A stretch of DNA of 64,000 nucleotides from Takakia lepidozioides (Eukaryota; Plantae; Bryophyta): positions 34,782,001 to 34,846,000 of the forward strand of contig CM060734.1 of the NCBI GenBank assembly GCA_030704615.1. Direction: 5' to 3'. Under the pieces are notes generated by a model. That model did no database searches. It was not told where the DNA came from and worked only from the letters and a program-made list of their open reading frames with translations. Both the position numbers and the translations under genes were made by a program. This document shows positions 48,781 through 62,343 of this stretch, in pieces. Within the stretch, counting starts at the first letter, position 1; each line of letters begins with the position of its first letter.

Positions 48781-51704
48781 ATTCATCCAAGAGCGCCAGA
48801 TTTCAAGCACAAAATTACCTATAATTCCCTGTGGATCAATAGCTACAAGAAACCTGCATGGGTGGATGGTCAACTAAAGGCAGCAGCTGCAGCGGCACAG
48901 TTGATAAAATCAGGCACATCAACCATGACCATAGCTTCTGGAAGAGGATCAAGAGAGGGAGTCCACAATGCCTCTTCTGGCACTTCTGGGCATGTGAAGG
49001 AACTTTGTGAGGCAGGCAGACTGAAAGAGGCTCTACAGACTTTAAACCAAGGAGGCATTTCAGCAGATTCAGATACGTATGTTTGTCTCTTGCATAAGTG
49101 CATCAAGATGAAAGGCTTGGAAGCTGGAAAGCAGGTGCACACTCACATTATTCAAAGTGGATTCACGCCAAATGTTTTTCTATTCAACACCCTTATCAAC
49201 ATGTATGTTAAGTGCGGGAGCATCATGGATGCTCACCAAGTGTTCAACAGAATGCCTCAACGATCTTTGATCACGTGGAATATAATGTTGGCAGGATTTA
49301 CCAAGCATGGGTGTGCTAGGAATGCTTTGGAGACCTATGAGCAAATGATGCGTGAATGGGTGAAGCCCAACCACATCACGTTTGTATGTGTTTGCAATGC
49401 GTGTGCAAGCCTGGGAGCCCTGGAAAAGGGGAAAGAGGTCCATGGTGACATCGTCAAATCTGGAATTGTACCAGATGTGATTCTGAACAATACCCTCGTG
49501 GACATGTATGCCAAATGTGGGTGCATCGAGGATGCGGAGGGAGTGTTCAAAAATATGGCTGAACGAGATGTGGTGTCATGGAGTGCGATGATTGCAGGAT
49601 ATGCACAGCAGGGGCGCGAGATGGAGGCTTTGGAGACGTATGAGCAAATGATGGGGGAAGGGGTGAAGCCCAACCACATCACGTTTGTGTGCGTTTGCAG
49701 TGCGTGTGCAAGCCTGGCAGCCCTGGAAAAGGGCAAAGAGGTGCATGGTTGCATCGCCAATGCTGGAATTGTACCAGATGTGATTCTGAACAATACCCTC
49801 GTGGACATGTATGCCAAATGTGGGAGCATCGAGGATGCAAAGGGAGTGTTCCTCAATATGGCTGAACGAAATGTGGTGTCGTGGAGTGCGATGATTGCAG
49901 GATATGCACAGCAGGGGCGCGGGATGGAGGCTTTGGAGATGTATGAGCAAATGATGGGGAAGGGGTGAAGCCCGACCACATCACGTTTGTGTGCGTTTGC
50001 AGTGCATGTGCAAGCCTGGCAGCCCTGGAAAAGGGCAAAGAGGTCCATGGCGACATCGCCAAAGCTGGAATTGTACCAAATGTCATTCTGAACAATACCC
50101 TCGTGGACATGTATGCAAAATGTGGGAGCATCGAGGATGCAAAGGGAGTGTTCGACACTATGGCTGAACGAAATGTGGTGTCGTGGAGTGCGATGATTGC
50201 AGGATATGCACAGCAGGGGCGCGGGATGGAGGCTTTGGATACGTATGAGCAAATGATGTGCGAAGGGGTGAAGCCCAACCACATCACGTTTGTGTGCGTT
50301 TGCAATGCTTGTGCAAGCCTGGCAGCCCTGGAAAAGGGCAAAGAGGTGCATGGTTGCATCGCCAAAGCTGCAATTGCACAAAATGTCATCCTGAACACTG
50401 CCCTGGTGGACATGTATGCCAAATGTGGGAGCATGGAGGATGCGGAGGGAGTGTTCCACAAAATGGCTGAACGAAATGTGGTGTCGTGGAATGCGATGAT
50501 CGCAGGGTATGCACAGCAGGGGCGTGGGATGGAGGCTTTGGAGACGTATGAGCAAATGATGGGGGAAGGGATGAAGCCCGACCACATCACGTTTGTGTGC
50601 GTTTGCAGTGCGTGTGCAAGCCTGGCAGCCCTGGGAAAGGGCAAAGAGGTGCATGGTTGCATCGCCAAAACTGGAATTGTACCAGATGTGATTCTGAACA
50701 ATACCCTCGTGGACATGTATGCCAAATGTGGGAGCATCGAGGATGCAAAGGGAGTGTTCGACAATATGGCTGAACGAAATGTGGTGTCGTGGAACGCGAT
50801 GATCGCAGGATATGCACAGCATGGTTTTCATAAGGAGGTCGTGCAACTATTTGAAGGAATGCAAAAGAACGGCTTGAAGCCGGACAGTATCACCTTTATA
50901 TGTGTTCTCTCTGCATGCAGCCATGCTGGCCTACTGAATGAGGGAAGACGCTACTTTGATTCCCTGAGTCAAGATCATGGTCTCACTCCGACAGTAAAGC
51001 ACTTTGGCTGCATGGTGGACCTTCTTGGACGTGCGGGGCAACTGGATGAGGCAGTGGACCTGATTAATAAAATGCCAATCAATGCAGATGCTGTGGTGTG
51101 GAAGGCCTTGCTTGGTGCCTGCAGAATCCATGGCAATGTCGAGATGGCTGAACGTGCGGCAACATCTATCCTCATGTGGGATGAACAGGATGCTGCGACT
51201 TATGTGTTGCTCTCAAACATCTATGCTGCAGCTGGCAGGTGGGATGATACTGCAAAGGTGAGAAGAATAATGAAGGTCAGAGGGGTTAGAAAGGAGCCAG
51301 GTCACTGCTGCATTGAGGTTGGCAACAGGGTGCACACTTTCGTTGTAGATGACAGGTTGCATCCCAGAATTAAGGAAATCCATGCTGAGCTGAGAAGATT
51401 GTCTGGGCAGATGAAGGAGGCGGGGTATGTGCCTGACACACGCTTTGTATTGCATAATGTGGGGGAGGAGGAAAAGGAATTTTCTCTTTGCCACCACAGT
51501 GAGAAGCTGGCCATTGGTTTTGGGCTGATCAGCACGACCCCTAGGACGCCTCTCCGCCTCATCAAGAATCTTCGAGTGTGTGGTGACTGCCACACCTCCA
51601 CGAAATTCATCTCAAAGATTGTTGGCCGAGCAATTGTTGTACGGGACGCTAACCGCTTTCACCACTTTGAAGATGGGATTTGTTCTTGTGGGGATTACTG
51701 GTGA
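48781..51704 (+). pseudogene. PLS-class PPR-E1-E2-DYW copy 3 (5 P1L1S1 triplets); 1-nt frameshift at ~49958
   Basis: atgatggggaagggg has 4 G where sister repeats have 5. Otherwise intact, and it begins IHPRAPDFKHK. Confidence 0.88.
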
Positions 51705-54505
51705 AAGGATGTTTTCTTGGAGAGATGCGAGTGTCTTGCTTCATTCATTGATCTGTGTAGCTACTCAGTCATCCACCATTTCCTGAGAGTATTGACCATG
51801 ATGGACTGTTGAGTCATAGAGGATTGGTCATAGACGCCTGTTCGGTCATAGGCCAACTTACCCTAGTGTTTTGGATGGATGGGAGGCTAGTGATGAATTG
51901 AGAATCCCCAGAGTTGTCGACGACGATCTTATAAGGTAAAAGTGGGGGCCTCTACTCTTCCCACCACGAGAACTAAACAGGGCCACTCACCCCGTCAGTC
52001 CAATGCGATCGCATCATGCCGCTGCAGCGGAAGTGAAAACGACATGGGCGGCCACACCCGACACTCAGCACATGCTTCATCCCCTAAGTGACTCCCTGTT
52101 CATTTGTGCATGATTGCGGGAGATAGCATCCCGTGTAGGCCACGCGTCCAAGCACCTGCACTTTGCCATCCCTCACTGAGCTACACCATGTTCAACGGTT
52201 TTAATCTGGTCAATGCTTCCCTAGATTAATTTCACTGCAGGCAGTCCTCACGACTCTGTATTCTACCAATGATGTTCTAAACTAGTCTGTCGTGCACACT
52301 CAAGGCCGTCATTTCTGAGCTATTTCCACATATTCAGTACTCTGAGATCTGTCTGAACCTTGCTCCAACTTACAGCGATCACGCTATGCAATGACTATGT
52401 AAAGGCAGGTGACACATCGTGTACAAATCTAGTGTTTCCACTTCTCTCATTGCTTCATAATACATGACGTTCATACAACCCATGATGAGATGCACTCTGT
52501 GGCTAAGTGACCAATCCCGTTACTAATTCTCTCATCTCATGCTCTACATCTCCACGTTGCGGTCTACAATCTGTTTTGGTCCACCTCTGTTGGTCTCTAA
52601 CTACCCTTCTTTCTCATCATCTGCAGAGCTTCAGTCACCGCTCACTCCTTTAGCGGATAAGAACCGTCAATGTTTTTTTTTTAAATTTTAAAGGAAAGGG
52701 GACAGAGGCCCTTTTACTCAAATTAATAATAAAAAAGGAGTCACATCAGTGGAACTATTTGGAACACTAACGTGCAGTTTTATACCTCCCTCTCCGGGCC
52801 AAGAATTCAAATTATGCGATGAACAAGCCACGCAGGTTCGGCGGACCTCAAGGAGAGTGAGTAGTAGGTTCGGTTGGGGTTTCGAGCCTCGGGAGAGGCT
52901 TGGTGAAGGCTTGGGAGGTGTCCTCTCCCGAGTGGGGCACGGAAGCTTCTCTGTTCGCAGGGCTATGACGCTCACGGGCGTGATCCTGGTCTGTGGTAAG
53001 GGTGGCCCCGAGGGCAATTCGGAATGAGCAGTTGGGATTTTCGAAATCAAACTGTTGATCATGTTTAGCCTCCTGCAGGTTGAATTTAGCACGTGGAGAT
53101 ACTTGGAAGAAGGCTGTATAGTCATTCCTGCTGGTGCGGAAGTGTGGCCGTGTCACCTAAACCCTAAGCATTCATGGCTTCATGGAGGTGCCATCTGCTG
53201 TTGTGATGTATAATTTTCCGTAAAGATCCTGATGGGGTCGATCGCTGCGTTTATGAGATGCGGCCATGGAATGAGGTGAGCACAATGCGATATCGCTGTC
53301 TTTGAATGCTAATGTTGTGTGTTTATCCCTAGCTCTGTCTCTCTCTTACGAAATAACATTGAATCTGCGTCCTATCGAACTCTATGTTATAAGATTCCCC
53401 CCGCTGTTTCCAAAATCTTAAAGATTGGACGTTTATTTTGTGAAATCACTTCAAATTTGCAATGTGCTGGAATGGCTCTTCATCTTTATGAAGTGTACTC
53501 TTGAGATAGCTATGGAAGGAGATTATCCTGCATCGGCCAGTTCATCATGTCCCCTATCCGGAGGGCAAAGTGATTGGATTGTGTGACTAGTTTTAGTTCC
53601 AGAGAGAGTAACCAATTCTTGGTGCCAACATGACAGTGAATTTTGAAAACTCAATGATTTCCATGACAGAGGTCTTAGAGTATCATTGGACTTCCGTGGG
53701 TCATTGGCTTGTAGGTTTTGGCACCCGATGCTGAGAAAACCCTTATCGCTCTGCAGTCTTGGTAGATGTCATCATGGGTTGGCACACATTCTAAGGTTCT
53801 TGGATGTCTATGCACATGTAGACTTCTATCCTTTTCCTATTAGCCCTGCATATAGATTTGCTGACCTTTCGCACATTATCAAGGATTTTTGGATCCCAAA
53901 GATGTGGTTGAGCAGATGATGACAGTGATTGTATTACGGTAGGTTGATCCTCTTTGTTAATCCTCATCTCGTCTGCTCAGTAAGTTATGAGCCAGTCTGA
54001 TTGTCTGTGAGGATTTTCTGCATGGTATGCCCAGTGCTGCGGCCGCTTGGATGAAGACTTCTTGTAGCCAGTTGATGCAGACAGATTGACTAGATCGGTG
54101 GGAGTCTGTGTCAACACAGCTCTCTAGATCGGTCAAGCCCGTCTAACGAATTGAGCCACTAGTCCACTAGTCTACTTGTCAACATTGAAGTTGAGCCGTT
54201 TTTTAATCAACGGGTCAATCCAACCACAAACACAGCTTTAAGCTTTCATTGTTTGCCCTTTGTATTAGGGATTTCGATGTGACACACTGGCTGTGATCAT
54301 CTGGCCTCCACGGCTGCATTCTTGACTTGCAAAGGGCAAGCACTTGTTTATTGATGCTGGCAGGTGCCTCAACATATGCCATAGAGTACTTGCCAGAGCA
54401 GGCTGGATTGTTATCCAACAAGGCAATATTCGAGCGCATTCTGCATAGAGCAACATTCCTCCTCGTCTGACCCACCTTGGTTGGAAGGAGGCCTTCTAAA
54501 TTTCC

Positions 54506-57500
54506 ATGGCTGCTGGGTGTGAGGAGTTGGATCTCGAATCTCTGCACTCCGATACATCGCCCTTGCTGATGGCTCACTCATCTTCAACTGGCCATGAACA
54601 CATCGTGAACATACGGCCACCTCCAAACCCTGCTGTGCCCTCAACAACAGGTGAAGAGAGTGGAGGCCTTTATCGGAGCCTCAGCTCTCCACCTGGTCCT
54701 GAGCAAGATGGGGTTCCTGCAGGTAGTTATTTCTTTTTGTGAGTGCCTTGCAAGGTTGTATGATATAAACATGCCCAGTGGTATTATGTCTTGATAACTT
54801 CTGAGGGTTGACATCGATAATGTTGGCCGTACAGAATATAATCTCTACTCCGGTAGTGGATGATGGCTGAATATATGCTGAATGGTCTTCTGCTGCTATT
54901 GGAGCTTCCATGCAGGCATATGCAAGTTGGGAATCACTTCAATGGTGTGCCAAAGACACCATTGAAGTTTAGTCTCATAAAGTAAGATTGATTTGGCTTT
55001 AAATCAATCTACTTTTGCTGGCTGGCTGCAAGTGCGATACTCAAAGCTTTGTGACTTGGAAGAAACACTTATTTGAACTTGGTTGTCATTCCACCTGCAA
55101 TATTAGCTCAAGGTTGTAAGGATGACTTGTTGCAGGGGAGACACTGCCTAGAAGCTTATCTGCCAGCTCATCGCTGCGGGGCCAACCATCTTTTCCCTCG
55201 ACAGCATCAGGCAGCTCCTCGTCAAGGCCAAACAATGGCAATAGCTATGGGACCCGTCAAAGAACAAGCCCATTGAACTCGGGCGTTTGGATATCAATTG
55301 AACTTACGATCACAGTCAGCCAAATTGTTGCCTCCATTATTGTGCTTACTCTCTCCAGGGATGAGAAACCACGAGCACCCTTGTCTGTGTGGGTGGCTGG
55401 ATATGCAGCGGGCTGCCTTGCTACTTTACCCCTTTTGTACTGGCGCTATACCCATCGCTATGTCCGGTCGCAGGAACAGGATCCCCTGGCTCCCCCTCTA
55501 GCCTCGCCGCCAAGCCCTTCAGGTTCAACAGGCACACCATCCTATGTCTCATTGATTCCAGGGTCAAGGGATGAAGAATTGCAGACAGAGAGGACGAGTC
55601 GCCTGGAGGGTGAAGATTTAGGCAATGGTGATTCCAGGTACTGGGATGAAACTCCTTGCTCTCTGCACAGCGTGTAGCTGCAGCTCCTCTTTTGCTTTGT
55701 TATCTTCTTCTTTCTGGTGGATTGCTTTTGGTTGTCTCAGTTGGACTTTTGTGGGCATGTAATTGAGAGTAAGAGAGCAAAGACTGTTGGACGATGTATG
55801 CAGTCCAGTGATTTTACTCAATGTGGGAGATTTCAGTCCATCAAAGGATTGCACCGACTCACCTCCAGGCCTATTATGGGACAGAACGTGTCTTGGAGGG
55901 AGAAGAGAGAGAAAGTTATAAGCTGACATTGCTTTCTGCAACCTTGGTAGAATATAACTCTTTCTGGCAGTCTTGCTATTGTATTCTTTGCTGTATAAGT
56001 TTATGTCTAGAGGCTTTTTGTCCTTTCAAGGAGATGTGAAGAAATTTGTTTCTCTATTGAAGTGGAATTTTCCCCTGCATCTCCCAATTAACCATGAAAC
56101 CTTTTGTCTGTATAGTGGCAGGGTTGGAATACTGGTTGAGAGGTTTAAGATTGCGTTGGACTGTTTTTTTGCAATATGGTTTGTGGTGGGCAATGTGTGG
56201 ATCTTTGGTGGGCACTCGTCTTCAAGTGAGGCCCCCAATCTGTACAGGTGATCTCTACTCAAGTGGATAAATGCGTGTCCTAGTGATGCACCTTGATTGT
56301 TCTTGATGTAGTTTTTTAAAAGTTTGTCTCCTCTGTCCCCAGTCACCTTTTCCTACCTCCTGCGTGGCTCTCCCACATTTTCCTTTGTTGTAGTCTTTGG
56401 TATGAGAAACAGCCAGCTAATATATTTTTGGCATGGGTGCTGAAGCAGGTTGTGTATAGTATTCCTCACGTTCAGCTGCATAGGGTATGCCATGCCCTTC
56501 ATTCTGTGTGCGACGATCTGCTGCTGCCTGCCGTGCATAATTGCACTTCTAGGTTTCCGTGGGGACCCCAATCAAGGGAGAGGCGCATCCGCAGAGGCAA
56601 TTTCTGCATTGCCCACCTATAAGTTCAAGGCCAAGGGTGCCAACAGTACTAAAGCCAACAAAGATGGGAATGAATCAGATTGTGAGGGGACAGAGGAAGG
56701 AGGAATCGTAGGGGCAGGGACAGAGAAGGAGAGGGTGGTTTCGGCAGAAGATGCGGTAAAGATCTCACTTCCTTCTTGGTTCCAGAGTGTACTTGCATAT
56801 TCATGTCCTTCCTTATGTAGTGTTTGTAGGTACAAAACTGTTGTCCCTCTTTTTCCAGACTCTGCCCTTTTCTTGACCGACGGGCAGTGTTTCAAGATTA
56901 TGTCTACACAGATGTACTGGACTCAACACTATCTTTTGCAGCTTGATGTTAAAACTGCCTCCCGTGTAAAACACCCAATTGGGAAGTGGCTGTGTGCCAA
57001 TTTAGGATGTGTTTCAAAGAACCTGGTAGGATGTTACCCCATCACTGGCTCTGGGAAGTTTGGATCCTGCTTATGCTATGCATATTTCACTGCCGGTGTT
57101 TGCTTGAAAGAGTCAAGGGTACATATCAGGATGAGCCTAGTCATCAATGGCCTAGTCTTCAAATCATGATAATGGGAGCATTGCATAGTGGCCACTTGGG
57201 GATAATACTCTTTGTAGCTTTGATTGTACATCTGGTCATTGTCTTCACGTCCCTGTAGGCAAGTTAGAGTGAATAGCAGAGAATTTCTTGCACTAACTAG
57301 AAATGATTAGCACAAGGTGATTCTTACAAAGTCTGATCTGGGGTATTTTCCCTTTTCCTCAGAAAACTCAAGCGAGAGCAAGATAGAGATCTCAACCACA
57401 GCTCCTCCAGTTTTACCTCAGACTCTGAGACATTAGTGGTGTGCCTGCAGATTTGCTGCATCTGTCTTGGCAAGTACGACGATGATGTGGAGTTGCGAGA

Positions 57501-57681
57501 GCTGCCATGTACTCACCATTTCCACGTAGAATGTGTTGATAAGTGGCTGAAGATCAATGCGTCGTGCCCTCTCTGCAAGCTTGACATTGTGGGCTCAGCA
57601 GATGGTAGTGACTCCATTCCTGGAGAGGCCAATGGTGATCCATCTGCAGAAGGGCCAGTGCCATTAGGGCCTGACAGTTGA
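54506..57681 (+). CDS. Transmembrane RING-H2 E3 ubiquitin ligase (At1g63170/At4g11680-like family)
   Basis: In-frame GT-AG exons 54506-54722, 55136-55637, 56122-56247, 56449-56755 and 57451-57681. Motifs SPLNSGVWISIEL, WFVVGNVWIFGG, CCCLPCII and RING CCICL..LPCTHHFH..C..W....SCPLC. Confidence 0.93.
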
Positions 57682-58762
57682 GAGTGTGGTCTGGACTATG
57701 GTGCACAGAAGTGAGGAGATCTTGCCAGAAGGTTCGGAAAGATGCTAGGAAGCTCCCTTCAGATCGAAGTCTTTGGTTGTATAGTGGCTTAATTTGTCAT
57801 TTGAGGCAGCCTCTTTGATGAATAGAGCCTTAGGTACCCCCATCAGTGGCTTCACTTGTCTATTTAGGTATATGCTCATTGGTTCTGCTCATATGGAGTT
57901 ACGTAACCAGAGAAGCCCTACGTGGTTGGATAGGGAAATAGGGAAAGATAGACCGATCTGATACTCTCGTGTTCATCTACATAACTGCAGGCCTGTGCCT
58001 GTGCCTGTTGGATAGAGCAAGAGGGAGAGCTTGAGTCTAGTGAGGTTAATGCAACCGGTATTGAATGGCCACAACCAGCCATTTTTAATGGTGGTAAGTG
58101 ACCAGTTTGATTTGCTGTGCAGTTTACTAAGGTGCCAGGCTCCATACTATCTGGCTTGACATCTGAGCAGCCATTCACTATGGCTCATCACTAGGTAGTG
58201 GGGCCTCAAGAAATATGTATGAGGTAAACAAAAAGCTAGGTAATGTCAGAAGAGTCTGCAATCTGTATCATGGTGAATTATTATCTGTGATCTAGCTCAG
58301 CATTGGTTTCAAAATTCACAAGGAAATGGGGATGGTTAGGACAGCCAGTACTCATTCTCTTGGTTTGGTTGTATATGAGCATGTAGTTGCTTGTTGGTGG
58401 TGCAAGGCCTCTAGAGACTTACTGAGCAGCCTTGAATGGCAGCATCGTCCACTTGGTTACTGGTTTGGGGAATGGTTGGATGACTGTGTATAAGCAGATT
58501 TGTCAAGCACGTCACATGGTAAAAAGGGGGTGATCATGTTGCAAGAGAGAATTTTGAAGCTACTTCTTAGAATCATATTTGTATAGAGTTCAAACAAAGC
58601 TTCAGAAAAAAGAGGTCTGAAAAGTTTGCAGTATATGATACAACTAAGTTTGCCTTACAATCATACAAGTTTCCATCTTGGGAAAGAAAAAGAAAATGAG
58701 AAACTACAACTCGCTTAAGTCTGACTCCACAGTTTTTTCCCACTGCATCTATGTTTACCACC

Positions 58763-58825
58763 AGTCGGTAGCTCAGTTGGATAGAACACTGAGTGGCATT
58801 CTGGGTTCGAATCCTGCTACGTTGT
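58763..58825 (+). repeat. tRNA-derived relic / SINE head
   Basis: A-box TAGCTCAGTTGG (58769-58780) and B-box GGTTCGAATCC (58804-58814); the spacing is too short for an anticodon arm. Confidence 0.6.
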
Positions 58826-59399
58826 CAGGTGTGGTATGATGTATGACCTTCTCCGCCCTTCCCGCCCCTCATGGCGAGGTTACTATGAAAGAGGTTATTT
58901 TCTCTGATGATGCCCAATCATGGTGAGAATTTACAGCAAAATATGTAGAGCAATTTCATTAACGAGGGATTCTCTTGAAGGTCCAAAATAAGAGATGGAG
59001 GGTCGGACGAATGGGATGGCGCAGAAAGGGGTGTGGGCAGGGGTAGTTTGGCTTGTGAGGTGTCAATAAAGGCCATGTAGAAGTTAGCATAGCTCGCTAC
59101 TGAGCAGTGTCTCATCTATTGGTCTCCATGGCTTCCCTGCAAGGTTAATTTTTCCTTGTTTTTTTTAAAATAAATAAATAATAGAGAACAGGGGGATTGT
59201 AGCCCTGTAAAACTATATTAATAAGTAAGGAAAAAATAACCTTACAAAGGGCCATGAAGGCGGAGTAACGAGGTTCCCTCAAAGCCAAAAAAAACCAAGG
59301 GGGAATAAGAAGGGAGAGCAAGAAGAAGAACAGCCGAAACACAGGGCTGCTTAACTACTGCTTAAAAAACCAGAAGAGAAGTGACAAAGCCTCCAGTTG

Positions 59400-61270
59400 A
59401 CCTCCATTTCATCAGCATCCAGAGGAGAACGTTTCGAGCTAATGGTGCTGCCAGCAGGAAGGGAAGGTGTATGTCCACACAACCCGAGAGTCTGATACTC
59501 TTTTGCCAAAAGATATTGCTTTTCCCCCATGAATTGTCAAAGGAATCAAACAGCTGGTTTCACTTTGTGTTGCCGTACTTGGGAAGAGCTGTCACAATAA
59601 CAAGCCATGCTTTGCGAGCTTCAGACAGGTCTGAATGAGCCCAATACAACACTTTCTGCAAGCATGGCCTCACATTTTGGAAGACCACAACACACCTCAT
59701 CTTCCATATATTCCACAAAATGATACCTCTTATCGATTCCCACATAGTCGAGCAGAAAATACTTCCCTCTTTACAATTCAGCAAAAGAGCAGAAGTCGAG
59801 TAAGTGAGGTTGGGATTCCAGAAGGAGTTCAAAGTAAAGGCCTTTCTCCAAACAGCCTAAGCGAAGGGGCACTCCACCAGGAAGTAATGCTCCAAATTTT
59901 CAGGAGACTGCTGATTGTAGGAAGCACAAGCATCAGGGGATTTAGAAAACATAGAAGCCACCGGAAGAATTCTATTAGCAATCTTCCATAAAAAGGCAGC
60001 CACTTTGGTTGCCCTGTGTTTCTTAATCCAGATATAGGCCCACACCACTTTCCACGTAACTGGAGGACCAGGAAGATGAGCCCACTTGCTACTCCACTTG
60101 TTATCAAATCTCCTCTTTGGTAACAACAAAGAATAGCCCAATTAACCCGAGTACTTGAAAAAATGATCGTGGCTTTTGTTCATCCAGATCCACTCCCTTG
60201 GATCGAATTGCAAGAGCTTCAGAGGGGCCGAGAGAAACCAGCAGAAGGAGCCACTGTAATGGCAAAGATTGGGCGGCGGGGCAGATGGGTTTACCCGAGA
60301 GAAGGCAGCACACCCTGATCTCATAACAATTATCACTATCAGGGATTAGGGCCACTTCCGGGGCATATAAAAGGCCATCCGAATTGACTTTGAAATAGAT
60401 GCCTGATAACAGATGGTTGTCCGAGGAGACTGCATACAAGGCTCTTAAGTCTGAGCCCTAAGGTAACCTGAGGTAATCCGCCTCCGAGAGAAGCCTTCCG
60501 CGATCGAGTTAGCAAAGAGCAGGGAGCCCTGAACATTATCCCAGAAATGCAGGATATGAGATAACCCAGCCGCTTCCCACTCCGCCCAACGCTTAGAGCA
60601 GAATTTATAGTTACCGAAGAGGGGCTGTCTGAGAACCTCGTGAACAGTAGAAGGCTTAGATTGCGAGAGGAAGGGACGCAGCATACACCGGGCACTCAAG
60701 ATGGTTTGCCAAGCTTGAGAACCCACCCCCGCATTCCTATTCATTTGACCTCTCTGAACAATCCATCTCAAGGAAAGCGACCATCTGGAGCTAATGCGGG
60801 GGGTGGCAGCAGCTATATGGTGTCTAACCAGCCGATTCCAAGGGCTGGACAGATGGGTCTGCACCCTGGGAACCCACTTCGCAAGGAGGGGAATGATTTG
60901 CAATTGAGGGTCCAACACACCAAGACCCCCGTGTTTCTTTTTTTGACAAAGCTGATCCCAGCTGACATGGGCTCTTCTATTAGGAGGCGGCAGCCGTGGA
61001 TCCCCAGATAAAATTCCTCATCAGAGATTTTATCTGCTTGATAATGGTAGAACCGGGGGACCAAACAGAAGCCACAAACCACATTGAAGCCAGCAAAACC
61101 TGGTTCACAATCAAAACTCTGCCAACCACAGACAGGTGAACCGAACACCAGTGAGAGAGAGCTTTGTCTTGAGCTTCGAAAGAACTGCAGAGAATCGAAT
61201 GTGACTTCAATATGGTTGATTGTTTCAATGATAGATTGCTCACGCCTAGCTGTCCCTCTCAGATTCTGAG
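59400..61270 (-). mobile_element. Decayed LINE ORF2 3' half
   Basis: LSVVGRVLIVNQVLLASMWFVAS, VLRQPLFGN, FLWKIANRILP..ENLEHYFLVEC and LWNIWKMRC; colinear with the LINE at 32409-34811. Confidence 0.85.
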
Positions 61271-62343
61271 AAAACAGCTTTGCCTTTCGGTAGGACTAGT
61301 GGATGTTTATGCACACGTTGAACCCAGGCTACGGTGGCTCATAAAAGTCCCAAGGTCGCATACACAAGAAGTCCAAAGGGTTTTTATAATTTTGATTTAA
61401 TGATTATGGAAAAATTGTAGTAGCTAGATTCATCCACGTTGAAAGATATGGACCGTCTAAAGTTGACAGTAACAGATACTATGGCATTATTTCTATTTTT
61501 CCTAGTAACAAACTTTTTTTTTTTCTTTTTTTTTCATTATATCGCAGAGTGGGACTCAAGCAACTCTTCATCTACATGAAATGTACCTTTTAGTGAAGCA
61601 AGTCCATTGTTTTATTTTGTTTCCATGCATTCATGTACTTTGGTAAAAATCAGTTTTTTTATGCTCACAATAATATATAGAAGTAAGAACTTTCACTTTT
61701 TTGATGGTCTCTATAGGACTTTAGTATCTTTAAGAGTAGAGCAATACTAATATGAGTCCCTTTTATCATATTTGTTTTCTATAGTGAGTGCAAAAAGTCC
61801 ATAACACCTTTTTTTATGGACTGTGACACTGTCGTATGCAATTTTCTAAAGTCCATTACTTCGACAAATCAACTTCATTTCTTGGTGAGAATTTAAAGAT
61901 TAGAGCTTGTAGTAGTTGGAAACATAAGAGTGAGTCTCATTTCATCATTGTAATAAAAATTTGCCTCTAAGGTACAATTGAATCAAACTATGTCCTGTAA
62001 AACACGTGCTATGACACAAAAATGTAGTCACCGTAGCCTGCAATCACCCTGAAATTCACTTGGTCTAATTTGAGATAGCGTCCTCATCTTTGTATGGCTC
62101 GCCTGGAGAGGGTACCAATCTCCTTTGGCCTGGTCCACCTATATGCCTCAGGCTCCCATTCTCCCGGATTTTAATCACGCAATTGTGCAAGTAGACTTTA
62201 GACCCCTTGGGACGCTGCATGCCAGGGGTCGAGGCTATTTCAAGTTGAATTTTCCATCCTGAAACATGATGATTACCTGCAGCAGTTAAAGAGTCTTTGG
62301 ACCCTCTTCTGGCTCTGGTTTTCAGTCTCCATCCATCTCCTAC

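Noticed and set aside
58763-58825. Functional tRNA gene
   Set aside because: A and B boxes are present, but there is no room for an anticodon arm and no acceptor stem.
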